The translations under genes were made by a program, and so were the position numbers. A stretch of 63,258 nt of DNA, counting the filler, from Octopus bimaculoides (lineage: Eukaryota), in the NCBI RefSeq assembly GCF_001194135.2. It is 6 parts of 5 records of this genome, joined end to end, with 100 filler letters (N's around TTAATTAATTAA, not from the genome) between each part and the next. Parts side by side here need not be neighbours in the genome. Positions count along the whole stretch, not along the records: positions 41,129 to 50,768 come from NC_068994.1; positions 50,869 to 54,816 come from NW_026425317.1; positions 54,917 to 59,887 come from NC_068983.1; positions 59,988 to 63,258 come from NC_068985.1; 2 more parts are not named here. One strand, given 5' to 3'. Numbering within the stretch: position 1 is the stretch's first letter; every line of letters begins with the position of its first letter. Below, piece after piece: positions 50,478 to 62,272 of the stretch. The notes below the pieces were generated by a model. The model saw nothing but the letters and a program-made list of their open reading frames with translations. It was not told where the DNA came from and searched no databases.

Positions 50478-50727
50478 NNNNNNNNNNCATATATACACAC
50501 ACATATACACACACACACACACTCACACACACATACACATATGTATATATATATATATGTACATGTACATATATATACACATAAATGTGTAAATACTAGT
50601 ATGCACATATATATGTATTAATATTTATGTTTAAATATATTTTCGTGTGTATATACACACGTACATATGTATATCTATATGTAAATACAGATATATATAT
50701 ATGTGTGTATGTATGTATGTATGCATG

Positions 50728-50768
<41 letters not shown>

Positions 50769-50868
50769 NNNNNNNNNNNNNNNNNNNNNNNNNNNNNNNN
50801 NNNNNNNNNNNNTTAATTAATTAANNNNNNNNNNNNNNNNNNNNNNNNNNNNNNNNNNNNNNNNNNNN

Positions 50869-51491
50869 ATGAAAAGGATGATGTTTTCTTTGTTTTTCTT
50901 TTTTGGTGTTCTGAGTTGTGTGATGTCCAGTTTTGTTGCTCTTTCGATTCCATTTTCTATTAAGGTGAGTGGGTATTTTTGTTCTAGTAGGAAGTTTTTA
51001 AGTTCCTCTAGTCTTATGTGGCGTGTCTGTGAGTCGGTCACTATGCTGCATATGCGTCTTGCCATACTATATGGAATGTTTCTCTTTATGTGGGATGGGT
51101 GGCAGGAGTAGAAATTTAAATATTGGTGTGTGTGTCGGTTTTTTTATAGTGGATGTCTGTTGTAACGATGGAGTTGTGTATCTTGATGTTGATGTCTAGG
51201 AAGGGGAGTTCGTTGTAGTTGGTATCTATCATGAAGTGGATAGATGGGTGCAGTGTGTTGAGGATGTTGTGGAATGTTCGTAGATCTTCTTCTGATCTGT
51301 TCCAAAAGATGAAACAGTCATCGAGGTAGCGTTTCCACTTTTTCTTGACGTCTTCTCTGAAGTTGTGTTCAAAGGTGTTCCCTATTTCATCGTATAGCTT
51401 GTTCTCAAGGAAACCCATCACTAGGTTGGCATATGAAGGTGCGAATTTCGTACCCATCGCCGTGCCCTTTATCTGTCGGTATGGTTTGTTG
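50869..51491 (-). pseudogene. Penelope-like element RT/thumb fragment (YLDD type, Neptune-like), bounded by gaps
   Basis: QIKGTAMGTKFAPSYANL, WKRYLDDCF, LPFLDI, YKKTDTH/QYLNFYSCHP, ARRICSIV..RLEELK..YP; one 2-nt frameshift. Confidence 0.9.
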
Positions 51492-52201
51492 NNNNNNNNN
51501 NNNNNNNNNNNNNNNNNNNNNNNNNNNNNNNNNNNNNNNNNNNNNNNNNNNNNNNNNNNNNNNNNNNNNNNNNNNNNNNNNNNNNNNNNNNNNNNNNNNN
51601 NNNNNNNNNNNNNNNNNNNNNNNNNNNNNNNNNNNNNNNNNNNNNNNNNNNNNNNNNNNNNNNNNNNNNNNNNNNNNNNNNNNNNNNNNNNNNNNNNNNN
51701 NNNNNNNNNNNNNNNNNNNNNNNNNNNNNNNNNNNNNNNNNNNNNNNNNNNNNNNNNNNNNNNNNNNNNNNNNNNNNNNNNNNNNNNNNNNNNNNNNNNN
51801 NNNNNNNNNNNNNNNNNNNNNNNNNNNNNNNNNNNNNNNNNNNNNNNNNNNNNNNNNNNNNNNNNNNNNNNNNNNNNNNNNNNNNNNNNNNNNNNNNNNN
51901 NNNNNNNNNNNNNNNNNNNNNNNNNNNNNNNNNNNNNNNNNNNNNNNNNNNNNNNNNNNNNNNNNNNNNNNNNNNNNNNNNNNNNNNNNNNNNNNNNNNN
52001 NNNNNNNNNNNNNNNNNNNNNNNNNNNNNNNNNNNNNNNNNNNNNNNNNNNNNNNNNNNNNNNNNNNNNNNNNNNNNNNNNNNNNNNNNNNNNNNNNNNN
52101 NNNNNNNNNNNNNNNNNNNNNNNNNNNNNNNNNNNNNNNNNNNNNNGTGACATTAATAAAAATCTGTAAATGTACAAACATCCAGATTTCTGAGTACCTT
52201 A

Positions 52202-52237
<36 letters not shown>

Positions 52238-53041
52238 TAGCTGTTTTTCCTGGTCTCACTCAGGTAGTTTGGTTGATGTTGCTGTAAAACCTGCTATCTT
52301 CTAAATATTTACCTCCTCTTTGTATTCAAAAACAAAAAATAAAGGTTAAAAAAAAAAACATCTTAAGAAAACAAAAATTAACAAAAAAAGAAAAAAACCC
52401 AAATTAATAAAAATGTTGAGTTGCTGATAGCTGTCGTAACTGGAAGGTTTCAGTACTCCGATATAGCTAAAATTTATCTTAATTTGTGTAATCAAAGTCT
52501 AATGTTGTCATTGTACCTAATCTGAACCTCAACCATGGATGAAAACTCAAGTATATGACAGTGAAGTTGTTGTATGTACGCAAAAAATCATATGAATTGT
52601 ACTTTGTTAAACAACTTGACATAAATACAATGTAAAACAGCAATAGCAGAAAATTTAAACAAATAGAATTAATGTTTGACATCACCCCTTCCTTTCTCAT
52701 TCATAAACAAGAGTATTATTATAGTAGATTATCTCGGTAACCATGGGAGCTATGAAAAAATACAAAGTCCAGCATCACAACCTGATCATTCCACACATCT
52801 TTTTCTTTTATTTTATTCGTTTCAGTCATTTGACTGTGACCATGCTGGAACACCACCTTTAGTCGAACAAATCAACCCCAGGATTTATTGTTTGTAAGCC
52901 TAGTACTTGTTCTATCGGTCACTTTCGCCAAACCGCTAAGTTACGGGGACATAAACACACCAGCATCGGTTCTCAAGTGATGTTGGTGGGGACAAACACA
53001 GACACACAAACATATACATATATGTATATATATATATGATG

Positions 53042-53165
53042 GGCACTGTCATGGTATTAGCTGTGAGAAGTGAAAGTAGAAAAATCTGACAAGGAACGTT
53101 ACTGCTGGTTTGAGTTGATTCTTTGGCTACTGACAGCTAATACCATGACTGGCCGGAGCGAGCTA

Positions 53166-53234
<69 letters not shown>

Positions 53235-53733
53235 CTATCTGTCTATCACTTGAAAGTTATTGGAATAAATTTGACATCTATATCCATGCGTTTAAAAACA
53301 CACAGAGTATAAGGGTACTACTAAAGCAGAGTGGTCCCGAACGCGCAGTCGCGCGTCCGAGCTAGCTAGTCGTGAGTGGTCGATCCTACAAAAAGTGCGT
53401 GTGCGCATGTGTGCAAATGAATACGTGTGTTTAGGGTTAGGGTTAGGGTTAGGATCGACCACTCACGACTAGCTAGCACGGATGCGTGACTGCGCGTTCG
53501 GGACCACTCTGCTTTAGTAGTACCAAGTATAAGTATCTACGGAGAATAAGTATCACATTTATTTTAAAACTTAACTTCAAACTTCATTTGTTTTCTATTT
53601 TGATAAATTCTCTCTGTTGAAAATTATATTTTTATATTTTAAATAATTTGCAGTTTCAGAAAATATATTTCTATATTAAATTTGCGTTTTCTAATTTGAT
53701 AAATTCTACGGACACAAACAGATGTGGACAAGT

Positions 53734-53792
<59 letters not shown>

Positions 53793-53916
53793 ATAGGCAG
53801 ACAGACAGACATAGATAGCTCCGGCCAGTCAGTAGCCAAAGAATCAACTCAAACCAGCAGTAACGTTCCTTGTCAGTTCTATTTTCACTTCTGACAGCTA
53901 ATACCATGACAGTGCC
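53042..53916. mobile_element. Non-autonomous foldback DNA transposon with long TIRs and 8-bp TSD
   Basis: Ends GGCACTGTCATGG...CCATGACAGTGCC; arms about 190-210 bp including microsatellites; perfect TSD ATATGATG at 53034-53041 and 53917-53924. Confidence 0.88.
53314..53524. mobile_element. MITE with 75-bp TIRs, about 9-bp TSD and internal (TTAGGG)3
   Basis: TIRs 53314-53388 and 53450-53524; GAGTATAAG / AAGTATAAG flanks; TTAGGG repeats at 53431-53453. Confidence 0.88.
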
Positions 53917-54122
53917 ATATGATGGGCTTCTTTCATTTTCCATCTACCAAATCCACTCACAAAGCTTTGGTCAGCCCAAGGCTATGGTAGAAGGCACTTA
54001 CCCATGGTGCCATGCAGTGGGACTGAACCTGGAACCATGTGGTCTGTGTAATTTTTCACGCAATTCCACCCAGCCATTTGACCGTGAATCCCAAGACAAG
54101 AAAGAATCGCCCATGTCAAATT

Positions 54123-54209
<87 letters not shown>

Positions 54210-54816
54210 TCTTAATTTTGTATGTAATATAATTTTAATCTTTGGATTTTTAAAATATGTTAGACCACTGGTTTTAATTGATTAATATCAATTTCTACCC
54301 TTATTAAATTCTTAAATAACAATGTTCTCAAACCGGTAAATTAGCTGCAGAAATTTATTAACTGCAGCGTTATTTCCGGCCTCAGCGCGCCAGATTGAAG
54401 ACATTTGAAAAAATACACTGAATGTAATTTGCAAAACTTTACACGTGCTTCCATTCGGGTGAACATTCTGTGTCTAGTTCTGGAAATTATATTTTATAAA
54501 TCGACAGACTACACTGATGATCCTGCAGATATTTGCTTGTGTAAATATTAACAGGTGAAACCATTGGTATGTAGGTAATCGTTTTTTTATTTCGTATATT
54601 TTCATTTGTCTTGCCCTTTTACAGTCTGGTGTCTTGCTGAAATTTTTTTTCTTGAGAGCATATTCTTTGTGGTTAGGTGATTTGGCATCTATTTCTAGCA
54701 TATAGGAGTCCACTTTTGCTGGTCATTCCTCTTAATTTTGTATGTAATATAATTTTAATCTTCGGATTTTTTAAATATGCTAGACCACTGGTTTTAATTG
54801 ATTAATATCAATTTCT
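54210..54816 (+). repeat. 520-bp-period direct repeat unit containing a hammerhead
   Basis: 54210-54296 and 54730-54816 match at 84/87 nt; the second copy is cut by an assembly join. Confidence 0.85.
54509..54574 (+). ncRNA. Type I hammerhead ribozyme, canonical core, predicted cleavage after GUA (54569)
   Basis: CTACA-CTGATGA-t-CCTG cag ATATTTGC ttgt GTAAATAT taa CAGG-t-GAAA-CC att GG-TA-TGTAG. Confidence 0.85.
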
Positions 54817-55136
54817 NNNNNNNNNNNNNNNNNNNNNNNNNNNNNNNNNNNNNNNNNNNNTTAATTAATTAANNNNNNNNNNNNNNNNNNNNNNNNNNNN
54901 NNNNNNNNNNNNNNNNGTTTGGCTTTTTCTTCAGAGTGAAAATACAATAGAGGAGAGAAAAGAGATTTTTTTTTTTTTAAATAAGAATTGAAAATGTTTC
55001 AGAATGTAAAATACAATAAAATGTTTTCAAACTAATAAGAAAAAAAAAATAACAAGAAATCAGAAATTACTCATTTTGCCCCAGTTTACTATTTTGTCTG
55101 AAGAAAATGGTTAGATCTAAAAAAAATAACATTTGA

Positions 55137-55645
55137 ACATCATCATCATTATTATCATCAACATCATCATCATTGTTTAACGTCCGCTTTCCATGCTGGC
55201 ATGGGTTGGACGATTTGACTTAGGACTGGTGAGCCAGAGGCTGCACCAGGCTCAATCTGATCTGGCAAAGTTTCTACTGCTGGATGCCCTTCCTAACGCC
55301 AACCACTCCGAGAGTGTAACGGGTGCTTTTATGTGCCACCGGCATGAGGGTCAGTCAGGCGGTTCTGGCAACGACCACGCTCAAAGGTGTTTTTATGCGC
55401 TACCTGCACAGGAGCCAGTCCAGCAGCACTAGCAACGACAGCGCTCGAATGTTGTTTTTCATGTGCCACCGGCACATGTGCCTGTAAGGTGACGCTGGCA
55501 ACGATCATGCTCGAATGGTGCTTTTCACATGTCACCAGCATGGGAGCCAATCTGTGGCCCTGGCGATGATCACGCTTAGATGTGCTTTTAATGTTCCACT
55601 GGCACGAGTGCCAATCAGGCGGTACTGTCATCAGCCATGTCAGCA
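55137..55645 (-). mobile_element. SINE family C with an expanded internal tandem subrepeat of about 60 bp
   Basis: (CAT)n tail plus about 5 units of GTGCCACC..GGCAACGA..GCTCGAA..TTTT. Confidence 0.85.
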
Positions 55646-55662
55646 ATTAAAAATCAAAACAC

Positions 55663-55803
55663 TGGACTGAGCTCTAAAATTTAACCATCCCATTCTCAAA
55701 ACAAAAAGTAAATATCCCGTTAAAATCTAAATGAAACCAACAATGCCAAACCAAGTGACAAACCAGCTGTCCAGCATCAATGACATGTAGGGACCCTGTA
55801 TTT
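55663..55803 (+). repeat. 141-bp direct repeat, copy 1 (copy 2 at 58845-58985)
   Basis: TGGACTGA.CTCTAAAATTTAA...GTAGGGACCCTGTATTT, about 92% identical. Confidence 0.9.
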
Positions 55804-55847
55804 CATTATGGAACCATAATATACAACAAGTGCTGTTCAACAACCTT

Positions 55848-56608
55848 ACTCTTTTACTCTTTTACTTGTTTCAGTCATTTGACTGTGGCCATGCTGGAGC
55901 ACCGCCTTTAGTTAAGTAAATCGACCCCAGGACTTAATCTGTGGATGCCTAGTACTTATTCTATTGGTCTCTTTTGCCGAACCGCTAAGTTACAGGGATG
56001 TAAACACACCACCATCAGTTGTCAAGTGACGTTTAGGGAAAAAACACAGACACACACACACACATACAATTTAAATATAGGATAAAATCTTTATAAGAAT
56101 TGATCAAGTAGTTAGCATGAAAAAACCTCATAAGGGAAAAATTTATTAATTATTCCCTATAAATATATTTATTTATATTAAGGGCATTACTGTACATAAA
56201 TGCCTCACGCTAGGCGGGACTCTTTAAGTCAAAACTACCATTTATTATAGTAGATTTGACTTTAAGAGTCTCTCCTAGTGTNNNNNNNNNNNNNNNNNNN
56301 NNNNNNNNNNNNNNNNNNNNNNNNNNNNNNNNNNNNNNNNNNNNNNNNNNNNNNNNNNNNNNNNNNNNNNNNNNNNNNNNNNNNNNNNNNNNNNNNNNNN
56401 NNNNNNNNNNNNNNNNNNNNNNNNNNNTATATATACATATATACGACGGGCTTCTTTCAGTTTCTGTCTACCAAATCCACTCACAAGGTTTTGGTCAGCC
56501 CGAGGCTATAGTAGAAGACACTTGCCCAAGGTGCCACGCAGTGGGAATGAACCCAGAACCATGTGGTTGATAAGCAAGCTACTTACCACACAGCCACTCT
56601 TGCGCCTA
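55848..56608 (-). mobile_element. SINE family A (tail 55848-56068, head 56428-56608; interrupted and gapped)
   Basis: Homology to 61088-61500. Confidence 0.75.
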
Positions 56609-59326
56609 TACCATTAGTTTTTTGTGAACACCTATGACCTGTAGCTGCCACATCTAAAAATATCCAATTACAAAACTACATACATGAATATATTTTAACA
56701 ATTAATACTCCATACCATCTGGCACCACCAAGCTACCATGCTGCATAACTACCATTCAACAGAACTCAAGTTACTGTACAAAATTTAAAATTTAACTGAG
56801 ACTATATAAAGCCAAAATGAATTTAAATGACTTACAGTTGAATGATAGGTTAGGTGGCCAAAACTTTGAAATTGCTGTCAATATTAATCTTTTTAAAGAA
56901 TAATAAATTTGTGCTCTTGCAAATGTATTGAATAATCCTTCAAATCAATGTAAAACTGTTTCATCATAACATAAACACACACACATACATATATAAGACA
57001 ATTTCAATGAATATGAAAAGTAGTATATCTGCATTTTTTTAATTATTTCTACAGTCAATTATACAGCATACTTGGTTTAAATTGGTCCAATGCCTGTTTC
57101 TTCTGCATAGAAAACTAGCTGTTGCATTTGTATCCAGATATTTTTGACTGATCAACAGCCTATGTAACTTTATTCAAGGACTGTCCTTAGATCTGGTTTG
57201 AAGCAAACTAAATGTATGCAGGCTTGGCTAACATTATTTTGCTAAATTTCTATAGTTTTTGAAAGAAAAGAATGTGAGTGGAAGATTTGGAAACTTGATA
57301 TGGCTATAAAAATGACTAAATGGATGACATCTTGACCTTAGGTTTAAATCTGAATGAAAGCACTAGAGCTTGAGGTTAGTCAAAATGTATTTTTTCAACT
57401 GTAGCCTGAGGTGAACAATGAGTTTGTGACCTTCTGATATTGTATACAACTACTTGCTGGGGACCAATCGGAACTTTTCTTTGAATTACATGCTGTTTTG
57501 TTGTTCCATATGACTTGCAAGTTTTACAAATGGAGAATACTGATTGCTACTTGAAAGACAAACCAGATATTACACTGACATTTACTATGTAAACTCAGGC
57601 AACTCCTATTTACATGGTGGTTACTAAATTATACGTCCCTTCTATGGAAGTATTTGAAAGTCTTTCTGTGGGTGTATTTATAAGTACAGATGTATGTGTG
57701 TGAGTCTTTCTGTTTGTGTTTGTCTACCCCTCTACTGTTTGAGAACTGGTATTGGCTAGTTTACGTTGTCATAATTTGGTGGTTCTGCATAATAACCCAA
57801 TGAAATAAGTGACAAACTTAAAAAATAAGAACAAGAGTTGAGTCGTTTAATTAAACCTTTTAAGGCGGTGCCTGAGTATGGCTGCATTCCATTGACTGAA
57901 ATAAGTAAGATAAAAGATAATAGAAAAATATTAAGTACTTACTTCCTTATGCAATGAATGAAGTATAGTTATGAGAAGTTTAGGTTTAGAATTTGAGTTT
58001 ATATATTTTGTGAAGCCTAGTAGTTAGCAGTGTCAGAATAATGACCACAGTGTTGTGAGCTCAATTCTTGGACTGTGTGGAATGTTGCATTCTTGAGCAA
58101 TGAATTTCATTTCATGTTACTCCAGCAAACTCAGGTGAAGGTGAATACCATTAACTCCTTGGCTTTAACTCTGTGATGGACTGGTGTTTTGTTCTGAGCG
58201 GAGTCTTGTACTCTCAGCCTAAAAGCCTTGGAAATCTGGATGAGCACCCACCTCATGAACCTGTTGTCTTGAAGCAGAAAAAGCACAATTTATATTATAT
58301 TAGGCTATAAGCATTCATCAAAAGGTCTAGTCCTTGTTGTGATGTGGTGGCTTGAGTGCCTCAACGAACATGAGATCTATACCTGCGGGGTGCAAGCTGC
58401 TGATAGGGCCTCCCTTCCAGGACAGGTCAAAGGATAGAGGCCAGACTAATATGAACAGCATCCTCCTGAAAGTACAAATGGGTTTGCATAGATCCAGCAA
58501 TTCTTAGAAAAAAAGCAAAGTTACAGAAGTATCGATGACAATCTAAAACCAACAAGATCTAGGAGAAAGTGGAAGACCTTCCCTTAGGAAAATATACAAC
58601 ATGGGGCAGCACAATCTAAAAGGGTTGATAATCCAACATCCTATATTAAACATACAAGAAGAAAAATACTGACAGAATGAAAAAATTGATCAGAGGGGCT
58701 TTGAAGCTTAAGCTTCATTAGTTTTATAGTAGATCCACCACTGAACTAAACCTTACCACATACATTCGTTTGTGAACCCTTAGATACCAATCCCCTAAAA
58801 TCTGACATACCAAGTAACACTCCTAAATATAAAAATAAAAAAAATGGACTGAACTCTAAAATTTAATCTTCCCATTCTCAAAACAAAAGGTAAATATCCC
58901 ATTAAAATCTAAATAAAACCAACAATGCCAAACCAAGTGACAGACCAGCTGTCCAACATCAATGACATGTAGGGACCCTGTATTTTCTGGAACCCTCAAG
59001 GGTGGTAGAAGATACCCTAAAAATAACTGGTGGTGGGATAAAAAGCAGGAATCCAACTAGAAGGAAGCCAGAGTTGAGAACAGCAGAGAAAAGCCGTTGA
59101 TGGCGTATGCTCTATAAGGAGCGAATGACTTAAGTCAGTTAAGTAAAACAATAATTATAAGTACATCAGTTAATTGTTTACCTTACTTTAATATGTTGAC
59201 TTTAACATTCCATTGTCTCTTGCAAATGGTTATTCCTGAGTTCAATCTTATGTATGCCTTTGCTTTTCTGGTAAATACTAATGAAATATTTTTCCCCTTT
59301 TTAAAATTGTCCCTAATTATTTTCTA

Positions 59327-59887
59327 TTACTCTTTTACTCTTTTATTCGTTTCAGTTATTTGACTGCAGCCATGCTGGAGCACTACCTTCAGTCGAGCAA
59401 ATCGACCCCAGAGCTTATTCTTTGTAAGCCTAGTACTTATTCTATCGGATTCTTTTGCTGAACCACTAAGTTCCAGGGACGTAAACACACCAACATCGGT
59501 TGTCAAGTGATATTGGAGGGACAAACACAGGCACACAAACATACATACATACATACATACATGCATACATATAAATATATATATATATCATCATCATCAT
59601 CATCGTTTAACGTCCGCTTTCCATGCTGGCATGGGTTGGACGATTTGACTGAGGACTGGTGAAACCGGATGGCAACACCAGGCTCCAATCTAAATTTGGC
59701 AGAGTTTCTACAGCTGGATGCCCTTCCTAACGCCAACCACTCAGAGAGTGTAGTAGGTGCTTTTACGTGTCACCTGCACGAAGGCCAGTCAGGCGATACT
59801 GGCAACGGCCACGCTCGAAATGGTGTCTTTTATGTGCCACCCGCACAAGCCAGTCCAGGGGCACTGGCAACGATCTAGCTAGAAAAT
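59327..59887 (-). mobile_element. SINE A tail (59327-59560) followed by SINE C 3' part (59587-59887)
   Basis: Homology to other copies in the window. Confidence 0.8.
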
Positions 59888-59987
59888 NNNNNNNNNNNNN
59901 NNNNNNNNNNNNNNNNNNNNNNNNNNNNNNNTTAATTAATTAANNNNNNNNNNNNNNNNNNNNNNNNNNNNNNNNNNNNNNNNNNNN

Positions 59988-60045
<58 letters not shown>

Positions 60046-60649
60046 CGTGTGTGTGTGTGTGTGTGTGTTTGTGTAGCTGTGTTTGTTCCTACCACCATCA
60101 CCACCGTCGCTTGACAACCGATGCTGGTGTGGTCATGTCCCCGTAACATAGCGGTTCGGCAAAAGATTTCTATAGAATAAGTACTAGACTGACAAAGAAA
60201 AAGCCCCGGGGGAAATTTCTTCGACTAAAACCAGTACTCCAGCTTGGTCGCAGTCAAATGACTGAAACAAATAAAAGACTAAAACAATAAAAGAATATAT
60301 ATATATTTTGTGTGTGTGTAAGGATATGTGTGTTAATGTGTATAATTTTGTTTCATCTGTTGCAATAGAAAAAAATTAAAATTTAGCTTTAGTTGTAAGG
60401 GATATAATTCCAACAATTTTGTCTCACGAGTAGTTTCCCTTCTCAAAAACATTTAGGGTTCACTGTTAATATAGATTTATTAATCTTACGTAAGACGGCG
60501 TTTTGATTCTTCTAACCTATCATTATCGTAAATGTCATATTTACGTTTCTAGACAGTTGCGCTCACAATAATGTGACTACTGGATCTTGTGGCGCGCGTA
60601 CCTACACACGTGCACAGACACGCACATATTTGTACATGCACACGCATCT

Positions 60650-61087
60650 GTGTAAATACAGAACTGAACTGCTTGGAGCGATATTCCATCTTTGATATGC
60701 TTCTGAAACGCAATGAAAATAAACCCTTCCTGAGATAACTGGTAACTGGAGATGAAAAAAATGGATTGTTTGCGATAGTATTAGTGATAGTAGAGTGTCT
60801 GCGATACAAAAGTCTCCTCCTAAACAGCTTCCAAATTAGAATAATCATTCAAAAATAGAAGAAAGGAAGAAAAATCACTCTCTGTGTTCTGGTGGGATTT
60901 CCAAAGTATTATTTACTATGAGATACTCCCACAAAAGCAGGCCGTCAGCTTGCAAATTTGAATCAAAAGTTCAAGGAAATGAGGCCAACAAAACCACATG
61001 TGTCTTTGGCTACCCGTACAAAGTCGCATGAACATGGGTGGAACACCTTCCTCCATCCATGATACTCCCTTGACATTGCACCATCTG
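60650..61087 (+). pseudogene. Mariner transposase relic (internally deleted)
   Basis: DMLLKRNENKPFLR*LVTGDEK, WDFQSIIYYEILP, PHVSLATRTK..GWNTFLHP*YSLDIAPS. Confidence 0.8.
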
Positions 61088-61500
61088 TTTTACTGTTTTA
61101 CTGTTTTACTTGTTTCAGTCTTTTGACTGTGGCCATGCTGGAGCACCGCCTTTAGTCGAGCAAATCGACCCCAGGACTTATTCTTTGGAAGCCTAGTACT
61201 TATTCCATCGGTTTCTTTTGCCGAACCGCTAAGTTACGGGGACATAAACACACCAGCATCGGTTGTCAAGCGATGTTGGGGGGGACAAACACAGACATAC
61301 AAACACATACACACATACATATATATATACATATATACGACAGGCTTCTATCAGTTTCCGTCTACCAACAAGGTCTACTCACAAGGCTTTGGTCGGCCCG
61401 AGGCTATAGTCGAAGACACTTGCCTAAGATGCCACGCAGTGGGACTGAACCCGGGACCATGTGGTTGGTAAGCAAGCTACTTACCACACAGCCACTCCTG
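61088..61500 (-). mobile_element. SINE family A, full length (head, internal TA/TG tract, tail)
   Basis: Minus strand: GGAGTGGCTGTGTGGT A-box, GGTTCAGTCCC B-box, CORE-like segment, tail ending in (GTAAAACA)n. Confidence 0.88.
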
Positions 61501-61736
61501 ACTATCATTTGTTTTTATCTCTTCAGAACTGTCTAAAAGTGTCAAAACCCATTTAGATGAATTCTTTTCCTCATAAGCTTTATGCTGATGGAACATTTAA
61601 ATTATCTGCTAGGTAGACTAAGGTCATTGAAAACAATGGAGATTACTTCAATTAATAAAGATATGAGAGCGCTTAAAGTTTCTTATGATTTATCGTGCTT
61701 AAAAAAAAACGACAGGTATTCTGTGTACGTATGTAC

Positions 61737-61767
<31 letters not shown>

Positions 61768-61785
61768 TATATGTATGTATGTATG

Positions 61786-61826
<41 letters not shown>

Positions 61827-62074
61827 GTGGTACGAAAATATCAAAGACGAAGTAAAAATATAAAACAGATTATATCATTTTGACGCTCAGGAAAATTGAA
61901 AGAAGTCTTTTACATTTCAAGCCTACTGCCTTCTATGGATAGGATGGATAAGGAGAGGAATATATTCAGAGAAAGGAAGAAGCACGTTTCAATTGCACGT
62001 TCACCTCATCAACTTTTCTGCATTTCGTGCAGGAACGTGACTAGCGTAAGGCTTCATTAACTAAAACATGTTAG

Positions 62075-62272
62075 TTGTCGACTTAGCCTTTCAACCTTTC
62101 GTGGTCGATAAATTAAGTACCAGTTACGCACTGGGGTCGATGTAATCGACTTAATCCCTTTGTCTGTCCTTGTTTGTCCCCTCTATGTTTAGCTCCTTGT
62201 GGGTAATAAAGAAATAAGAAACGTTAGCACGTCGGGCGAAATGCTTAGCGGTATTTCGTCTGCCGTTACGTT
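62075..62272 (+). mobile_element. SINE family B body running head-to-tail into a second partial head
   Basis: ...TAATAAAGAAATA-AGAAACGTTAGCACGTCGGGCGAAATGCTTAGCGG. Confidence 0.8.

Larger units (their letters stand above)
52800..54048 (-). mobile_element. SINE family A split by the foldback insertion (tail 52800-53041, head 53917-54048)
   Basis: Halves rejoin as TATATATGATG|GGCTTCTTTCA, as in intact copies such as 61088-61500. Confidence 0.85.

Noticed and set aside
55320-55645. CRISPR-like repeat-spacer array
   Set aside because: Eukaryotic context; diverged tandem subrepeats inside a SINE; no unique spacers or cas genes
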